The notes beneath the pieces were generated by a model. It was not told where the DNA came from. It saw nothing but the letters and a program-made list of their open reading frames with translations, and ran no database searches. From an uncultured Acidimicrobiia bacterium (GTDB lineage: Bacteria; Actinomycetota; Acidimicrobiia; Acidimicrobiales; CAIXPF01), in NCBI GenBank assembly GCA_903921205.1, contig CAIXPF010000020.1:18775-82774 (forward strand): DNA of 64,000 nt, written 5' to 3'. Below are positions 63,393-64,000 of the stretch, one piece after another. The stretch's first letter is position 1. Each line of letters begins with the position of its first letter. A program made the position numbers and the translations under genes.

Positions 63393-64000
63393 ATGAAGTT
63401 CGGGTATCTGGCGTTGAACTCCGCGGACGGCATCCGGCCCGACCGCCTCGGCCGGGAGCTCGAGGACCGTGGCTTCGACTCGGTGTGGATGCCCGAGCAC
63501 AGCCACATCCCGACCAGCCGCGATTCGGCCTACCCGGGTGGCGGTGACCTGCCCGACGGTTACTGGCACATGATGGACCCCTTCGTGTCCTTGCAGGCGG
63601 TGGCATCGGCCACCTCCAACCTGCTGCTCGCCACCGGCGTGTGTCTGCTGCTCGAGCACGATCTGCTCGACCTGGCCTGCACGGTCGCCACGCTCGACGT
63701 GCTCTCCGGCGGCCGGGTCCTGCTCGGGGTCGGCGTCGGCTGGAACGAGGAGGAGCTGGTCAACACCCGGCCCGACGTGCCGTTCAAGCAGCGGTACTCG
63801 GCGATGCGTGAACGGGTTGCCGCCCTGCGGGCCTGTTGGACCGAGGAGACCCCGTCCTTCGAGGGCCGCTACGAGCGGTTCTCCGAGTCGTGGGTGTACC
63901 CGAAGCCGCTGCAGCAGCCGGTGCCGATCGCACTGGGCAACGCCGGCCGGGTCGGCATCAAGCATGCCGCAGAGTATGCGGACCACTGGTGCCCGCTCGA
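63393..64000 (+). CDS. LLM-class F420-dependent oxidoreductase; the C-terminus runs off the right edge
   Basis: Absent from the ORF track because there is no stop in the window. ATG 63393 follows SD AGGGGGA. MKFGYLALN...WMPEHSHIP...GVGVGWNEEE. I estimate roughly half of the aligned residues are identical to 4277-5134. Confidence 0.8.
   Translation, partial: MKFGYLALNSADGIRPDRLGRELEDRGFDSVWMPEHSHIPTSRDSAYPGGGDLPDGYWHMMDPFVSLQAVASATSNLLLATGVCLLLEHDLLDLACTVATLDVLSGGRVLLGVGVGWNEEELVNTRPDVPFKQRYSAMRERVAALRACWTEETPSFEGRYERFSESWVYPKPLQQPVPIALGNAGRVGIKHAAEYADHWCPL

Noticed and set aside
1-64000. Mobile elements, prophage, defence islands and tRNA or rRNA genes.
   Set aside because: I recognised no integrase, transposase, recombinase, nuclease/helicase defence-type proteins, cloverleaf-like intergenic sequences or compositional break. 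The window looks like core or accessory metabolic chromosome.

Overview
This is a very GC-rich, densely coding chromosomal segment of actinobacterial type. G/C dominates third codon positions, there are several F420/LLM-type oxidoreductases, and GTG/TTG starts and 4-nt start/stop overlaps are frequent. I cannot name the species. I support about 58 protein genes, 1 pseudogene, 1 cobalamin riboswitch, 3 hairpin terminators and several short tandem repeats. I saw no rRNA, tRNA, CRISPR array, transposase, integrase or phage gene.

Content by block:
- 1-13.5 kb: oxygenases and CoA-transferases, comprising two Baeyer-Villiger-type monooxygenases, a VOC dioxygenase, an FAD hydroxylase, LLM enzymes, amidohydrolases and CaiB-type transferases.
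- 13.5-17.6 kb: a B12-riboswitch-controlled btuFCD-like importer plus cbiZ.
- 17.6-20.2 kb: cysK-cysE plus a TauD-like dioxygenase.
- 20-36 kb: mixed genes, including formamidase, a heterodimeric ABC exporter, GT2, a Lin0512-family protein, a membrane protein with a sigma-region-4-like HTH and a Pro/Thr-rich tail, Usp, EamA and MBL.
- 36.3-47 kb: a P450 divergent from a tightly coupled nine-gene operon.
- 47-50.6 kb: Usp plus a P-type ATPase.
- 50.6-64 kb: a CoA-thioester catabolic cluster.

The best candidate for an undescribed system is the nine-gene operon at 37636-45648. It has two paralogous modules, each an ACAD10/LvaA-like APH-fold kinase plus a roughly 150-aa helical partner. These flank an unrecognisable 382-aa protein and are followed by a three-subunit molybdenum hydroxylase and a MoaD-like GG protein.

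Other points worth a second look:
- two single-chain tandem family III CoA-transferases;
- an amidase destroyed by a frame-shifting internal deletion;
- a 17-bp intercistronic tandem repeat and other short tandem duplications that include stop codons;
- an in-frame 12-nt repeat inside the ATPase;
- no recognisable transcription factor or acyl-CoA ligase anywhere in the window.

All functional calls rest on by-eye motif recognition. No database search was run.
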